Origin: Callorhinchus milii
Lineage: Eukaryota
Assembly: GCF_018977255.1 (NCBI RefSeq)
Contig: NW_024704742.1
Coordinates: 107,138,001 to 107,202,000 of the forward strand
Reading direction: 5' to 3'
DNA length: 64,000 nucleotides
Shown: piece by piece, positions 25,089-38,190 of the stretch
Numbering within the stretch: the first letter of the stretch is position 1
How the letters are laid out: each line of letters starts with the position of its first letter
The notes under the pieces: generated by a model
Databases searched by the model: none
What the model saw: the letters and a program-made list of their open reading frames with translations, nothing else
What the model was told of the DNA's origin: nothing
Made by a program: the position numbers and the translations under genes

Positions 25089-28000
25089 CAAGCCAAGCAG
25101 TTTATTGAACCCAACAATGCTGCAACTGTCCCTCAAACTGCAACAGTAATGTGCCAGTCTGTAACCAATGAATAATCAATCAGAAGCAGCATAATTTAGA
25201 TAATTAAAATGTATGCACATATCTCTTTCAAAAAGAGATCTTGAAAGACTTTGTTGACATCAGGTATTGATTGATGATGGAGCTGATACTTGTGATGATT
25301 TTTTCCCTCTGCAGTTGTAACATTTTATTTCTGCAAAGTTGGTGTCTAAAATTGACTTTTAGGAAATTCCAAGTTGCCCCACCATTCGTCTATTTGTATG
25401 GGATACTATCTGTTAAATGCAGTCACCATCGCTTGTTTCTATATAGGCAGCCTATGACACTTTGAGGTGCAATGAATCCATTGCCTGATTCAATAGGGTT
25501 AATTTAGTGGCACATTTGATGTTTACCGCACCAATAGTTATCACACTGAATGTACCTGGATGAGCCAGAGGATTACACCCCTGCCCCCCGATGCTGTTCT
25601 CAATGACTTAGTCCACACAGCTAAGTCCACAGCAAGTGAAATGGCTCATTGTAAATCACAGTTTGGTGATAGACATCATGGGAAGGTGTGGATTTTCTCT
25701 TTAAATCAAATAGGTCACCTCTGGTTGCTGGTACACCTAATGGCCCACCTGAGATTGAAAAGATCATTCTTGAGCTGACTGATTGCAGACATGTAGTTGC
25801 ATCAATCCATCAATCACAGTGTTTGTAAAACATTTTTAGAAATTGTTCCTTTACTCCTGTCACCGAACTGTTTTCACCAGAAATAACCTGTTCTCCAGCT
25901 GCATTCATAACATTTTTCAATTTCATATGGAGTCAATTGGCTGCTTCACATCCCCGCCGGCTCCACCCCCCTATTAATGGGGGAGGTTTCAGCCATTCTG
26001 TCCCCACTCTGCGCAACTCAATCCAGAATCTCTCCGTTTTAACCTCCTCACTCCCCACTTTGATAGGCTGCCTATGTTTTCAACACCCTTTCATTCATCT
26101 GTCCCACATACACCCCTACCCATTAGCTGCCTTTCCCAGTTCAGGTGCCCAGTCACCTATAATGAAGCATTCTGAGACTTCCTCCTGATATGAACAGTGC
26201 TGGATAAATTGTTGGTGTTGGCTTGTAAGCTGTTTCAGGAGCTTTGAAATGTCCATTATTGGAGGCGGATACATTGTCATTGTCACAAACAAATCACGAA
26301 TCTTTTGGCAAGCTGTGCATTCATGCGAGTTTGGGAGGGTTTGATTGGTATTATCAGCAAACATAGCTTTCTCCTGTTCCTTACTGAGAAAAGGAAAGCT
26401 GGTCCCTTGCTTACATTGTGACTCTCCTGCTCCCATTTACATCAGCCAGCCCCAGTGCTTTCAACACACCCTTTCCTGCTTCTGTTTGCTCTTGTTTTTA
26501 TGGCAGTCGCAATGTGAATTTATTGCAAGATAAATATTTTCTTTAATTTTACACTTCAACCTGTTACGAAGGCAAATATTCACTTTGTGAGTCACCAATG
26601 GTTTGTTGCTTCAAAGCTGCTGAGATCTGGACTGTGTTTGTTGGATAACTGATATTTTTTATCATACGCTCAGCAAAACCCATTCAAGAAATAACTTGAC
26701 CATTCAGAATTTAGCTTGATCATTTAAATCCATTTCCAATACAGTCCATTTCCGTATGAGAAAAACACTAGTTGATCAGCAAATGAGAGAACACATACCA
26801 TTTTAAGCATAATTCTTCATCTCATTGGCTTATGGCACCATTCAAAAAGAGAAGGGAGTTACTCCTGGTGTTCTGGCCAACAATCCCCCAAATAAAATTG
26901 TTCATTGATTCCATGACTGTTTGTTGGACATTGCTGTGCACAAATTGTCTCCCGCATTCACCCACAAAATACACCAGGTTACACTATGTACTGTGAAGCA
27001 CTTTGAGACGTCTCAACGACGTAATAAGGCACTAAATCAAATACAAGGATTTATTATTGTTTCAACTGTTCGTATATCTCACTGGATGGTGTTATTACCA
27101 AATAAAACAGCAATGGCAAAATCAGTAATATTATGGATAGCCAAGGTTTAGAAGCAGATTCATTAAATTGTTCTTTGGGAGCCCGTCTCTGCTGCACGAT
27201 TAATTAAAGATGGAAAATGCACTTTCCGCATCGACATAAATCAGACATTTCCTTTTTTAAAAAAAAAACAAATTCACACGAGGGTTTACCGTCTGGTCAG
27301 CAAAGTGTGTGTGAATATTGGCATAGACCCAAGCAGACATATGGCAGTGAGGAGGGAGCAATGTGGTGCAGCTGGCTGAGTCTTTGCTGTAGTTTCACCA
27401 TATGGAAATTTCAATCTAGAGCCTCAATTCACAGAAAGACATTCAGGTCCTTTTAGCGGAAGATTCAATATTTATCACATTGAATATGTCAGGGGAGGAC
27501 CTACCTGATGCTAATTCCCTTTGGTAATGTCCATGAATCTCCAACTTATGGATCACAGCTTTCATTTGCCGGTTAGTGGAATACTTTTTTTAACTACAGT
27601 AATTGAAAACCTCAGGGTGTCCAATATCCCACTGACCAGCAGTGCGAAGCTATGATCCAGGAGTCAGATTCCAATGCTACGAACCTGCTGCTATTTAGCA
27701 CAATGCTGGAAGAGTAGGGGGAGGGTATACCTCTGGTACATCCAAGTACATTTGATGTGATAAATATCCAAAACATTCTTGAAATTGACACAAATTAAAA
27801 ACCATTGTGCATTGCGGGTCTAAAATTAATTCCTGAATTCCCTATTCCTCAGTAACATCTCGCATTGCTTCACAAATGTCAAGCAAGAGGGTAGGTGCAG
27901 AGGGAGGAGTAAAGTGACTGTAGATACGGTCAAAGCTGAACAACGTTGGTCAGCCCTTGCTGTATGAATTGAGGAGCCCAGTTACAGGGAAGCTTATTAG

Positions 28001-28894
28001 GCTGATGATGCCGGTGTCTTTGCAGTTTGATTAGTGATCAATGAATTCTTCAAGAGGAGAATTGAGACAGTGTTCCCTGAATTGGTGCTGGGATGCTGGG
28101 ATCTGCATAGTAGCATCAAACACACGGCCAGCAAGCTCCATAGCTGCACGAGTGGCTTTGGATGAAACGTTTTTTCCAAAACGTCCGGCAGGGAGGTGGG
28201 AGAGATGATCTTTCCCAGTAGTTATCGACTCGGACATTTGTAGGAGTGCATCTCCCAATAGCATATCACAAATCCTCTCCATCTCAGGCTACAATAACAA
28301 CAACTTGCTATAGCGCCCTTCACCCAGGATAACATCTTCATCAGAACTGAAATGCTACGGCTCTATTAGTCTCCCTCTTTTGGATGTTAAGTGAATTGTT
28401 GTGGACGACCAGAATTTCTGGTTTTGTTTCAGGTTTCTAGCATAATTAGTATCTATTTTACATAAATTCTAGGTGGGGTGGGCTGAGGTGAGAGGGGTAT
28501 GGATTCAGGTGTCCCCCTGGGAATTACATATCCTAATACTGACAATATTGACATCTGTAAAACTCCCCAGATTATAACAACTTATTCAGCATTTCCATCC
28601 ACTGAGTGTTAGAATGAAGATGGGAAATGCCATCAAGTGTGGTGCAGAGAGGCTCAGCCATTGTCCTGAGACTGTGCTAGAAGCTGCTTTACTGAAGCAG
28701 AAAACCATGCCATTGCCTTAGGTCTGTACCATACCAAATTCATCAGTAGGTATCAATGCATTCAAAACAATAAGTGTCTATTGCTTTTAATATTGTTATG
28801 AACGTGAACATTTATGAACACTCAGCTGATAGTTTTCCCACATCATGTATTGATGCTGTAACCTTTGTCGGGCTAATGGACATGTTTAGTTTAC

Positions 28895-29265
28895 AATAAT
28901 AAATAATAATCCTTGCATTTGGTATAGGGCCTTTTCATGTCGTCGAGACATCTCATAGCACTTCAGGATACAGTGTGAAGTGGATTGACTGTGTATTTTT
29001 GTGGCCAAAACGCAGCAGCCAGTTTTGTGCACAGCAATGTCCCACAGACATCTATGGAGTGATTTGATCAATTTTATTTGGGAGATTTATGGACCACAAC
29101 ATCAGGAGAAACTTCCTTCTCTAATGCTGCTATGGGATCTTTAACGTCCAACTGATCACTGCATTGGAATGTCAATTTAGACTTGTGATTTCAAGACCCC
29201 AAGCGGGGTTTGAGCCCACAAGCTTGTGACTCAGAGGTGAGTGCTACCACTGCGCCAGGCTGACA
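28895..29265 (-). mobile_element. Family B DeuSINE-like SINE
   Basis: Reverse-complement tail, body and head ending gtgctaccactgcgccaggctgaca. Confidence 0.8.
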
Positions 29266-29957
29266 TGGAGTTTGCTAAAATGTAATATGTTTCACTTGAG
29301 CATTTTTCTTAAAGTGATTTGCTGCCATAGCTCTGAATGTGACAGAAAACATAGGCCATGTCGACATGAGTGTCTATTATATATATAATATAATCTTGGC
29401 ATTTGGTACAGTGAATTTGTATGTTGTTGAGCCGTTTCAAAGGGGCTTCACATGATTTTTCTGTGAAGTGAGGTGACTGGATTGGTAGGCAAACACGGAT
29501 GATTTAGTGCTTGATCCACTGGCCTAGCTTTAATAATTCAACATTTAAATGTCCAAATTTTGAATACATAGATATATGTACAGTATCTTCCCATCTGTAG
29601 TTACCAAATGCTATTCTAATCATAAAACTAAATCATGAACTAGGCAACAGTATTAATTGTGTGAAAATTTGAGCTTTTGTGTTTGTATCACAGTAGCCAA
29701 TTTTAGCCAATGTCATCCAAGGGTTAAATTTAGGTATTTTTAACTCTTGTAGGTATACACCCAAGTGTGATTCCCAAGGAAGAGGCAGACATCCATAGGT
29801 TATTAAGGCACTCTGAAGAAAACAGAATCCCTGGGTTATGATTGGAATACTATATAGGAATACTACTGTGGATTAAAATAACCAAATGTTTCACTGAAGT
29901 ATGTTAACTTCTAAATCAATGGAGGTTGGGGTTGGGGGGGTAGAAGGTGGAAATGTG

Positions 29958-30120
29958 CTTAATATAACCCATGCTGAGTTTAATCCCAATAATCCACTGT
30001 GTTTAATCCCAATAATCCACGGTCTGTTTAATACCAATAATAAACCCTGTTTAAGAATAATAACCCATACTGAATTTAATATTAATAACACTTGCTGGAT
30101 GTAATATTAATCCATGCAAT
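29958..30120. repeat. Degenerate AT-rich minisatellite (gtttaatcccaataatccac-like unit)
   Basis: gtttaatcccaataatccac occurs twice exactly, followed by several degenerate copies. Confidence 0.65.
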
Positions 30121-31388
30121 CCTTAAAATCAAGAAAACATCCTGTTTTATCGTGTTGGTTGGTCTCATTAGAGAGTAAAATGAAATGGCCTGTTCCTCAG
30201 AGAGGAAGAGTGTGGATTTAATAATTTTACAGGGTGCAATAATTGTTTAACCAGGTGATGGAGGCCGGTTGTGTTAGTAGATTTAAAAAGGAATTAGATC
30301 TGTAAATATTTGACAAATAATTAATTTTAAAGGTATGAGTAGTGTAGGATTTGTTTTTCTTTGAGATGGACAGCAGTGATCTTTCTCTGGTCTGTTTCCA
30401 GAGAGAGTATCTATAATGGAGCCCAACTGGGTGCACTGAACAAGATGAAAATCAAGGTGAATGATTCTAGTCCAGATTCTAGAACAGTTCATTACTTTCC
30501 TTCTTCAGTGACAATTGTGTAAATGCTTTGTGATTTGTTTTTTTGATTACCTGTGCTTTTTTTTTTCGCAATGATTAGATCCTTCACATTAAATCTGAGG
30601 GGAAATTAGAGACCTAAAGTTCTTAATGTACTTAGCCTTAAGACATTGTGATTGAAATTAACGATTGTGCAAAATTTTAGAAAATTCTTAAACGTACCCT
30701 TAATTTGCAAGACAGTTTGAACTGCTTCTAAATTAAGCCTGAATTTAAGTACACTTTATTTTCAAAAGCCTGCATGGTCTAAAATATTAACATAATGCTC
30801 TTCAGGCTAAGCCTACAAGAAATTTCAGGATTCAAATGACTAGATTTAGCCTTGACTATACAATAGTACTGTTAATAAGTGTGAAGAGTGGAAGCTCTTA
30901 CACTGATGCTTGCCTCCATTACTGTGATATGCAGACCTCTGTGTTTTATGGGCGAGTGAGCCCTTTCATTAACATGATTTTACCATTGTGCTCAGTGGCA
31001 AACATTTTCATTTGGGCGTAAAACTGATGCTTTGAAGTTTCTGCTCGTGCTTGAAGGCTGAAGGAATTAAGAGCTGTTACGTTACATTTAAATTATCTTT
31101 TTATTTTTTGTGAAATATGTAAGGGTGAAAAATGCAGCATGTGATTTGCTGATTATCAAAGGTGATAACTATCACATCCTACCTTTTTGACTGTGTGTGT
31201 GTTACATATATATAAAACAAACAACAACTTGCACTTATATAGCAATCTCCACGCAGGATAGCGTCTCAGAGTGACATATATAGTTTATAAATCTCTCTCC
31301 CCACATACCCTGGGTGTCCATCTTAAGCATTGAGCTTAATTATTCTGTAATTAAAATTAACTAGGGTATGTAGATATATATAATATAT

Positions 31389-32750
31389 GTGTCAGCTTAA
31401 CTCAATGGTAACATTGGTGCCTCTGAGTCAAAAGACTGTGGGTTCAAGCTCCATGCTAGGCTTCTAGTCTGGGCTGCCACTGTAGTGCTGCATAGTGCTG
31501 CAACTTCCACATGTATGCGGATGACACCCAACTCTGTCTTTCTGCCTCCACCTTCAACTCCAGGACCACTGCTGTCCTGACAGACTGTCTGTCGAACATC
31601 AAGTCCTGGTTGAGGGCAAATTTCCAACAGTTGAATGTGAACAAGACTGAGGCCCTCCTGATTGGCTCACGTCAGCGCCTCAGCACCTCAGGCTCTGGCA
31701 ACATCAACCTCCATGGTTGCACACTACAACTCACCAGCCAGTCAGGAACCTCGATGTCTTGTTCGACCCTCAACTGTCTTTACTCCCCCACATTCAAGCC
31801 ATAACCTGCTCTGCCTTCCCTCATCTCCGTAAAATCGCCCGACTCCGCCACTACCTCACCCCTCAGGCCGCTAAAACTCTTGTTCATGCCGTCATCACCT
31901 CCAGGCTCGACTTTGCAAATGCCCTGCTTGTCAACCTTCCCAACTCCTCCCTCCACAGGCTGCAGATAATCCAGAATTCTGCAGCCCGTGTCCTCTCCCG
32001 CACCAAACTCCGTGACCCCTTCTTCCCCATTCTCGCCCGACTCCATTGGCTCTCTATCCTTCAGAGGATCCAGTTCAAAACCCTGGTCCTCTCATACAAA
32101 GCCCTCCATGGCCTCGCCCCACCCTACCTCTGCGACCTCCTAACCCCCTACCAACCCGCCTGCTCCCTCCGCTCAGCCGGCTCTGGCCTGCTCCACGTCC
32201 CCCGACCCACCTGCCCCACCATGAAGGAGAGCCTTCAGCCACTCTGCCCCCAACCTTTGGAATTCCATCCCCCAGTCACTCTGCCTCACCCCCTCCTTAG
32301 CCTCCTTCAATTCCTGCCTCAAGACCCTCCTCTTCGACCATGCCATCAGCCAACCCCCTTCCCCTCTCCTCCCTTACCCCCCCCCCACCCCCGGACCCCA
32401 GCTTGGGTCTGAAATGCTGTACCCTGTCCATCACCTTGGGACGTCCTCCCGACGTGAAAGGCGCTATACAAATATATCTTGTTGTTGCATTGGTGGAGAT
32501 GCTGTCTTTTGGATGCCATTTTAAAGCAAGCTTCTGGATGCTTGTTTAGACGGATATTACAGATCCCATGGCACTATTCGAAAAGAGAAGGGAGTTTATC
32601 CCGGTGTCCCGGCCAACAATCCCCCAAATAAAATTGTTCATTCATTTCATGTCTGCTGGTGGGACATTGCTCTGCAGAAACTTAAACCTACATGATACAC
32701 AGTTACTACATTTTGCAATAATTTCTGTAAAGGGCTTTGACACGTCCTCA
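31389..32750 (+). mobile_element. Family B SINE split by an L2 insertion
   Basis: Head to ...agtgctgca (31389-31502); body resumes at ttggtggagatgctgtcttttggatg (32490 onward), colinear with the other family B copies. Confidence 0.8.
31503..32487 (+). mobile_element. 5'-truncated L2-clade LINE (about 985 bp), reverse-transcriptase pseudogene
   Basis: FHMYADDTQL catalytic motif, QLNVNKTE, VRNLDVLFD, SRLDFANALL, LHWL...IQFK, RAFSHSAPNLWNS...LKTLLFD over at least two frameshifts; C-rich 3' UTR, stem-loop tail and (ttg)n. Confidence 0.92.
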
Positions 32751-32859
32751 TGACAGTAAATTCTTGCAGAATATCACCACGTAATAGTGGCTCTAATCAT
32801 CATGTAGTTGTTTACGTTTAGAATTTCTAGTAAGCCTTGTTCTTTTCTCTCTTCCACAG

Positions 32860-32958
32860 GTGTGCTGTTCACCACCATGCTGTTTGGCCCTGCTTTTGGG
32901 TTTATGCTGGGCTCCTTGTTTACAACGATTTACGTGGATGCTATCTTCATTGACGTCA
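32860..32958 (+). CDS. SLCO3A1: OATP3/SLCO3A-family transporter, coding exon equivalent to exon 3 (99 nt)
   Basis: Polypyrimidine tract + cag acceptor (32857-59), gtgagt donor at 32959. Reads (G)VLFTTMLFGPAFGFMLGSLFTTIYVDAIFIDV, an OATP transmembrane segment; phase 1/1. The symbol is family-level; it may be a paralogue. Confidence 0.93.
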
Positions 32959-34122
32959 GTGAGTGTTCTTGTATATAACTTTGTGAATACTGTTATAAAC
33001 ACACACTCAACCCGGGGACATGTAACCATTGTAATGCTGAAGGAATTCTGTCAACTTGCCACCCGTAGGTGTTTCTAGGCTGCTTCATGCTCTCACATTA
33101 GCTGTACTGAGGTCTCAGCTCAACGAAACCTATGGCCAGAATAAGAATGAAGCAATCTCCTATTTGAATCGAAATAAGATGACTCGTTTATTATTAAAGT
33201 AAATAATGCTGCAATAGTAAGGTGCAGACTTGCAGTCTAAACTGCTTGTTGGACAAACTCCCAATTGCTGTGTGGAAGTATCAGTGTAAGGAAACGCCTG
33301 AGGCTACCACCTGAGGTTGCTCTTTCATGGCCCCTAGTGGCCACTTCACAAACAGTGTTGATTGCGTCCCAGGAGAAGGTCACCTGATAACCCTATCATT
33401 GGTAAATGGTGGAAGGCAACAGTATAGGGAAGGATGGGAAGGTCATACACTGAACCAAGATAGTTGTACTTGCATAAGAACCTCCTATTGAGATTTTTAT
33501 CACACATGGAAAAGATAAGCTGCAATTTGAACACATTGTACTCCTATCTTTGTTGGACCATTTACCATGCTCCAAATATAGGAGTGACATAAACCAGTGA
33601 GATTGACCAACTGGGTTTCCAGCAAATTCAACCAGTTCTGGGACATCCAGGATCAGGTTTCAACTGTGACCCCTTGTTAAGTCACTTCCGCTGGGGATCC
33701 AAGTGACAGCAAGTGGCTTAGCAATATGAAACCTAGAGAGAGTATTGACGGGGAATTTTAGTGAGGTGGGGAAGTGCCGAATCTATTGACTTGATGAGAA
33801 AGGGGGGAATTGGATATACATTGATCACAGAAACTAAAGATCATTTCAATACATATTTACAATGGGCTTTATTAAAATTAGGAATGATTCTTACTATCAT
33901 TGTGTAACAAAATGATGACAGACTATTACTAATGTAATGGAAAGTTTGCTAATGTTAACTTATCATTAGAATTATTCAATAGGCAACTGGACAAGCATCT
34001 GAGCAGTAAAGCAATAGATATTGGGAAAGAGCTAGAAAGTAGATTAACAATAAACAGGCAATTTAAAGAAAACAGGTAGCAATGGTACAGACACAATTTA
34101 CAGAGTTTATTTTTTCTTTCAG

Positions 34123-34395
34123 CAAAATTGGACATCACCCAAGATGATCCTCGGTGGATTGGCGCTTGGTGGGCTGGCTTCCTGCTGTGTGCTGGTCTTC
34201 TCTTCTTCTCATCCCTCTTCATGTTCGGGTTTCCCCAGGCCATGCCTAAAAGGCAACACACATTGAGTAAGAGCGTCCAGCAGCCCATGCTCCCAAATAA
34301 AAGCCAGAAGGAGCAGCCAAAACCAGCCCCAGACGACAAAACGAAAAAAGAATGTAAACAAACCAGCGAAGCAACATGCACTCAATATCTGAGAG
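34123..34395 (+). CDS. SLCO3A1: SLCO3A-family exon 4 equivalent (273 nt) with the OATP signature
   Basis: tttttctttcag acceptor, gtaac donor at 34396. Encodes KLDITQDDPRWIGAWWAGFLLCAGLLFFSSLFMFGFPQ..., containing the OATP signature D-x-RW-(I/V)-GAWW-x-G-(F/L)-L; phase 1/1. Confidence 0.95.
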
Positions 34396-37300
34396 GTAAC
34401 ATTTTTTTTTGAGATATATGTCTCTCTTAAGGGAGTGTTGTTGCCCTTGTGGGATGGGTGCGCAATTAGGGTCACTCCTTAGCAGAGTTGAATACATTGC
34501 CTAAGTCCCTCGACCTGAAGAATCATGAATCAGACTGGGAGAGCACAGATTTTATGCTTCTTTGTTGGATAGTAGCTGAAAAAATAATTAGAATTGTAAA
34601 ACTGTACAATGTTGTTTAAACAAACTAAACAAACAATGAAAAGGCCATCCGAGCTAGATTTGCAAAATGCAAAAGTTTTGTTGATTTAACAGGGTGTAAA
34701 TCCAGCAGAAACCATTCCCTAGAAGTCAGAGGGTTTTTTAGTATTGGTGATACCTTAAAGAATGGGTCACATGATTAGCGGAGTATTACTACAAAGTGTT
34801 CAGTTTATAATTATCACATCTCTCATGTGTTACCGTTATTTTACCACCAATCTCTTGACATATCCGAGATGGTTTAAGTCAACTAAACTCTTATCGTTCT
34901 GATTTACATATCGAAGATATTATACACATTGACCCAACTCTCCAGCCACGCCTACATCACCTCTACTCCAAAATGCTTTTCTACATGAAGGGCACTGTAT
35001 AACTGAAAGTTGTTATTGCAGCTTTCTTAGGCTTAAAGTGAAAATATAATAGTTTTCCATATTTGGGTGGTTTCAGAAGGGGATTCTGCGACAGGAGCAA
35101 ATTTTTCAAAATATTTATTCTGGTGATGGCTGCAGAGAGCAAAGAGAGGAGATATGAAGTGGGAGTGTCAAGGACTACGTTAACATACCCAGAAAGGTTG
35201 CATACTAAACCCATTCAGTGATTTTTAACTGAACGGGGAAAATCCCATTATTTTCTGACATGTAATTTTAGATGGAATTTCTACCTATGCCTGTTGCCAT
35301 AGCAATAGTTCTCAGGGTCTTATCTATCACTGATACTAAAACAGTGACTGCACCAATCAACGTGTCCTAAGAAAGAAAATGGTGTACATCTGACATTAAA
35401 ATTCCAGTACAACGGGTAAAACTGGCTCTGTAGTGGTGTATTATAGTTTGTAATTGCGCCCAAGGCATTTTTATAAATATTCAGTTTTTACTGATAGTCA
35501 GTAAAAATTACCCAGGCTTTATTTGGAGCCCATCAGGTAAAGCAATATTTTAAAAATAATCATTGGCTGCTCTCTCCCGATTTCCACTATCCCATTTCCT
35601 AATGAGTTCCTATCAGGATCAAATTTAAACTAGAAGTAACCTGGACAACAGTCTCCTGGTTACAAATTGTCATTCAATTCATGGCTGTATGTGGGACATT
35701 GCTTTGTGCAAATTGGTTGATGTGTTCGCTTACAAATAATAGTAATAATTGGTGTACTCGATGTACTTGGTGTAGCACCTGATCAAGTTGTTGAGACGTC
35801 TAAAAGCGCTTCACAGGATATACTTTAAAATGGATTGACTGTGTATTTTGTTGACAAATATGGCAACCAATTGCACACAGCAGTGTCCCCCAAACAAACA
35901 TGGAGTGAGTAACCAATTTTATTTGGAAGATTATTATTAGAAGTGAGTGCTAAACATGTGCTTACCCTCTTCACACCTAGCTCAGACCAGACTACCAGCC
36001 TAGTTCTGATTATTATAAACTGTCTGCTGCACTCATTCCCATATAATTCATAGCAGGCCAATCCCACTAAAAAAATTGTCCTGGTTCAGTGTTCCCCGTT
36101 CCTGATAAGATATCCAGTGGTGGTGCTCAGCGTTACTGGGAGCAGTGGCTGGTGTGAGGGTGAGCAGGTTGATGGAGGAAGGGGAGGGAAGAAACAGCTT
36201 GAGTTTTAAATAATGGAACCTCTGTGTTCAAATTTTAAAATGCAAGGTAGAAAGAGATATGCAGACACATAGATTTATCTGGATTGTACAGCACAGAAAC
36301 AGACCATTTGGCCCATCTGTCCATGTGTTTTCTACGCCACACGAGTCTCCACCCCTACTTACTCCATCCTATACTCTTCTATTTCCTTCTACCTCATGTG
36401 TATATCCAGCTTCCTCTTAAGTGCATCTACACTACTTGATTCAACTACTGCTTTGCACATATAGTTTCGCCTAAATCCTCTTTTAGATCCCGTAGTCTTT
36501 TAGAGCCCTTTGTCACTATATTTTAGATACCCCTAGTCATTAGCTTTTGGACACACAAACTAGCAGAGGAAGATTAAGCCAGCATAGAGGGCAAGAAATC
36601 AGGATAGCCAAAGAGAAAATAGTTGAAAATGTTTAAAAGATGAAAACAAATGAAAATGTTTTATAAAGGTTTTTAATACAGTAAAAGATGTATGTGGCTT
36701 AAAAAAGAAAGTTTTGACTGTAAATTTATTTTGAGGGTGTTGGCACTCCTGAAAGGAATTGTTATAGCAGTTTATGAAGTTGAAATGTCTCATAAAACTT
36801 TAATGTTGAATCTAGTCTTAAAGGAACTTTCGATTTAACAATTCGGTGACAGATCCTTCTCTGCATTTCAGAGCAGCGTTTCCTTGTAGAGCACACCCTT
36901 GACAGGAAGTCTCACAGCCGTAGCCAAAAAGAACAGGATGTTAGTGTCACAAATATAATCTTACAGTTAGTACTCTCCAAATCATTTCCCTTTCTGCCCA
37001 TTGTCATGGTTTTTTAGGTTCTTTAAGGTTTCGGAAAAGGCTTAGCAAGTTGGCCGTGGAATGCTTTTAGTCTTTCACTTCACAACACACCCGAGATTCA
37101 CGTGCACTTTCCCTTTAATTTCTGATCTCTCCCTTTTTCAGGCAGATACACTTTGAACTCACCCGTATAAATATGTTGTGCAAACAGTCCCACACCTGTC
37201 CCCACATAGTGGTTTATGCCAGGTGGGTGGGTGGCAGACAGGCAGGAGTGTTTTTCTGTCACCTGTAATCTGATTTTGTGCCTGGAAGGAATAATGATAA

Positions 37301-37783
37301 TCCTTGGGTTTGATATAGCTCCTTATGACGTCATTGAGACATCTCAAAGTGCTTCACAGAATATACTGTAAAGTGAATTGACTGATAGTAAATAATAAAG
37401 TGAATAGGGAAAAGAGTAGTTTTCTCAGGTGACTGATCATTCCTTGCTTCTGAGCACCAGTGACAGGACTCCTCTTCTGCAGAAAAAATTATTGTGGCAT
37501 TAAAAAAAAGTTCTAAAAATACTGAAACCATTGCCGCAATGGGGTTCAATCTGGGTGAGTCCCAAAAGGAATGGGAGGCACTACTGTCATTTAATTTACT
37601 TGAGAGAGGTCGGATTAAGTTCAGCGACATCTAAAAGTCAATAACTTGTGAAAAAAAGAGCGAAATTCGGGCCGTGGGGAAACAGATAGTGTTTTGCTCT
37701 CAGACCTTATTTTCATATTGCAATATCCACCCATTTTGGCAGTACCTACTTAGTTCTTTGGAAACCTTTTCATGAAAGTAATC

Positions 37784-38190
37784 TAATAATCTTTGCATTT
37801 AATATTAGTGCCTTATCATGTTGTTGTGATGTCTCAAAGCGGTTCACGAGATTTTACTGTGACGTGTAGTGTATATTTGTGGGCAAACACAGCAGCCAAT
37901 TTGCACACAGCAATGATGTGAATGACTAATTTTATCTGGTAAATTGTTGTTCAGGACATCAGGGAGAAACTGCCTTCTCCTTTCGAATGGTTCCATGGGA
38001 TCTTTAACGTCCACCTGAACAGGCAGATGGGTCCTTGGTTTAATGTCTTATCCAAAGGATAATGCATTGTACCCCCAGCACTGCACTGGAGTGTTAGCTT
38101 TCATTATGAGCTCAAAACCCCAACTGTGGGGCTTGAACTACAGCCTTGTGATTCAGAAGTGAGCGTGCCATCAATTGAGCCAGCCTGACA
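37784..38190 (-). mobile_element. Family B DeuSINE-like SINE, near full length
   Basis: Reverse-complement tail, Deu-like body and head ending caattgagccagcctgaca. Further copies at about 42033-42390 (+), 52529-52975 (-) and 55111-55514 (-); partial copies at about 16040-16210, 26830-27060 and 41010-41155. Confidence 0.85.

Noticed and set aside
27997..28282. Minus-strand ORFs of 60-83 aa in a moderately GC-rich patch
   Set aside because: No domain I can recognise and no clear splice framework. Possibly an old repeat, but not supportable without a search.
31511..32412. ORFs with a YADD reverse-transcriptase motif as a functional or novel RT gene
   Set aside because: 5'-truncated, frameshifted at least twice and ending in an L2 3' UTR and tail: an ordinary dead LINE copy.
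1..32859. Exons 1-2 of the transporter, or a separate nested protein-coding gene
   Set aside because: No ORF with the expected OATP N-terminal motifs (TLERRF, SYFG...HRPR, GVSYIDD) was seen. The short ORFs here are repeat-derived or lack splice context and recognisable domains.
33328..33342. CTCF-like motif (reverse ggccactaggggcca)
   Set aside because: It mismatches a strongly conserved G of the core; a single imperfect hit in 64 kb is not informative.
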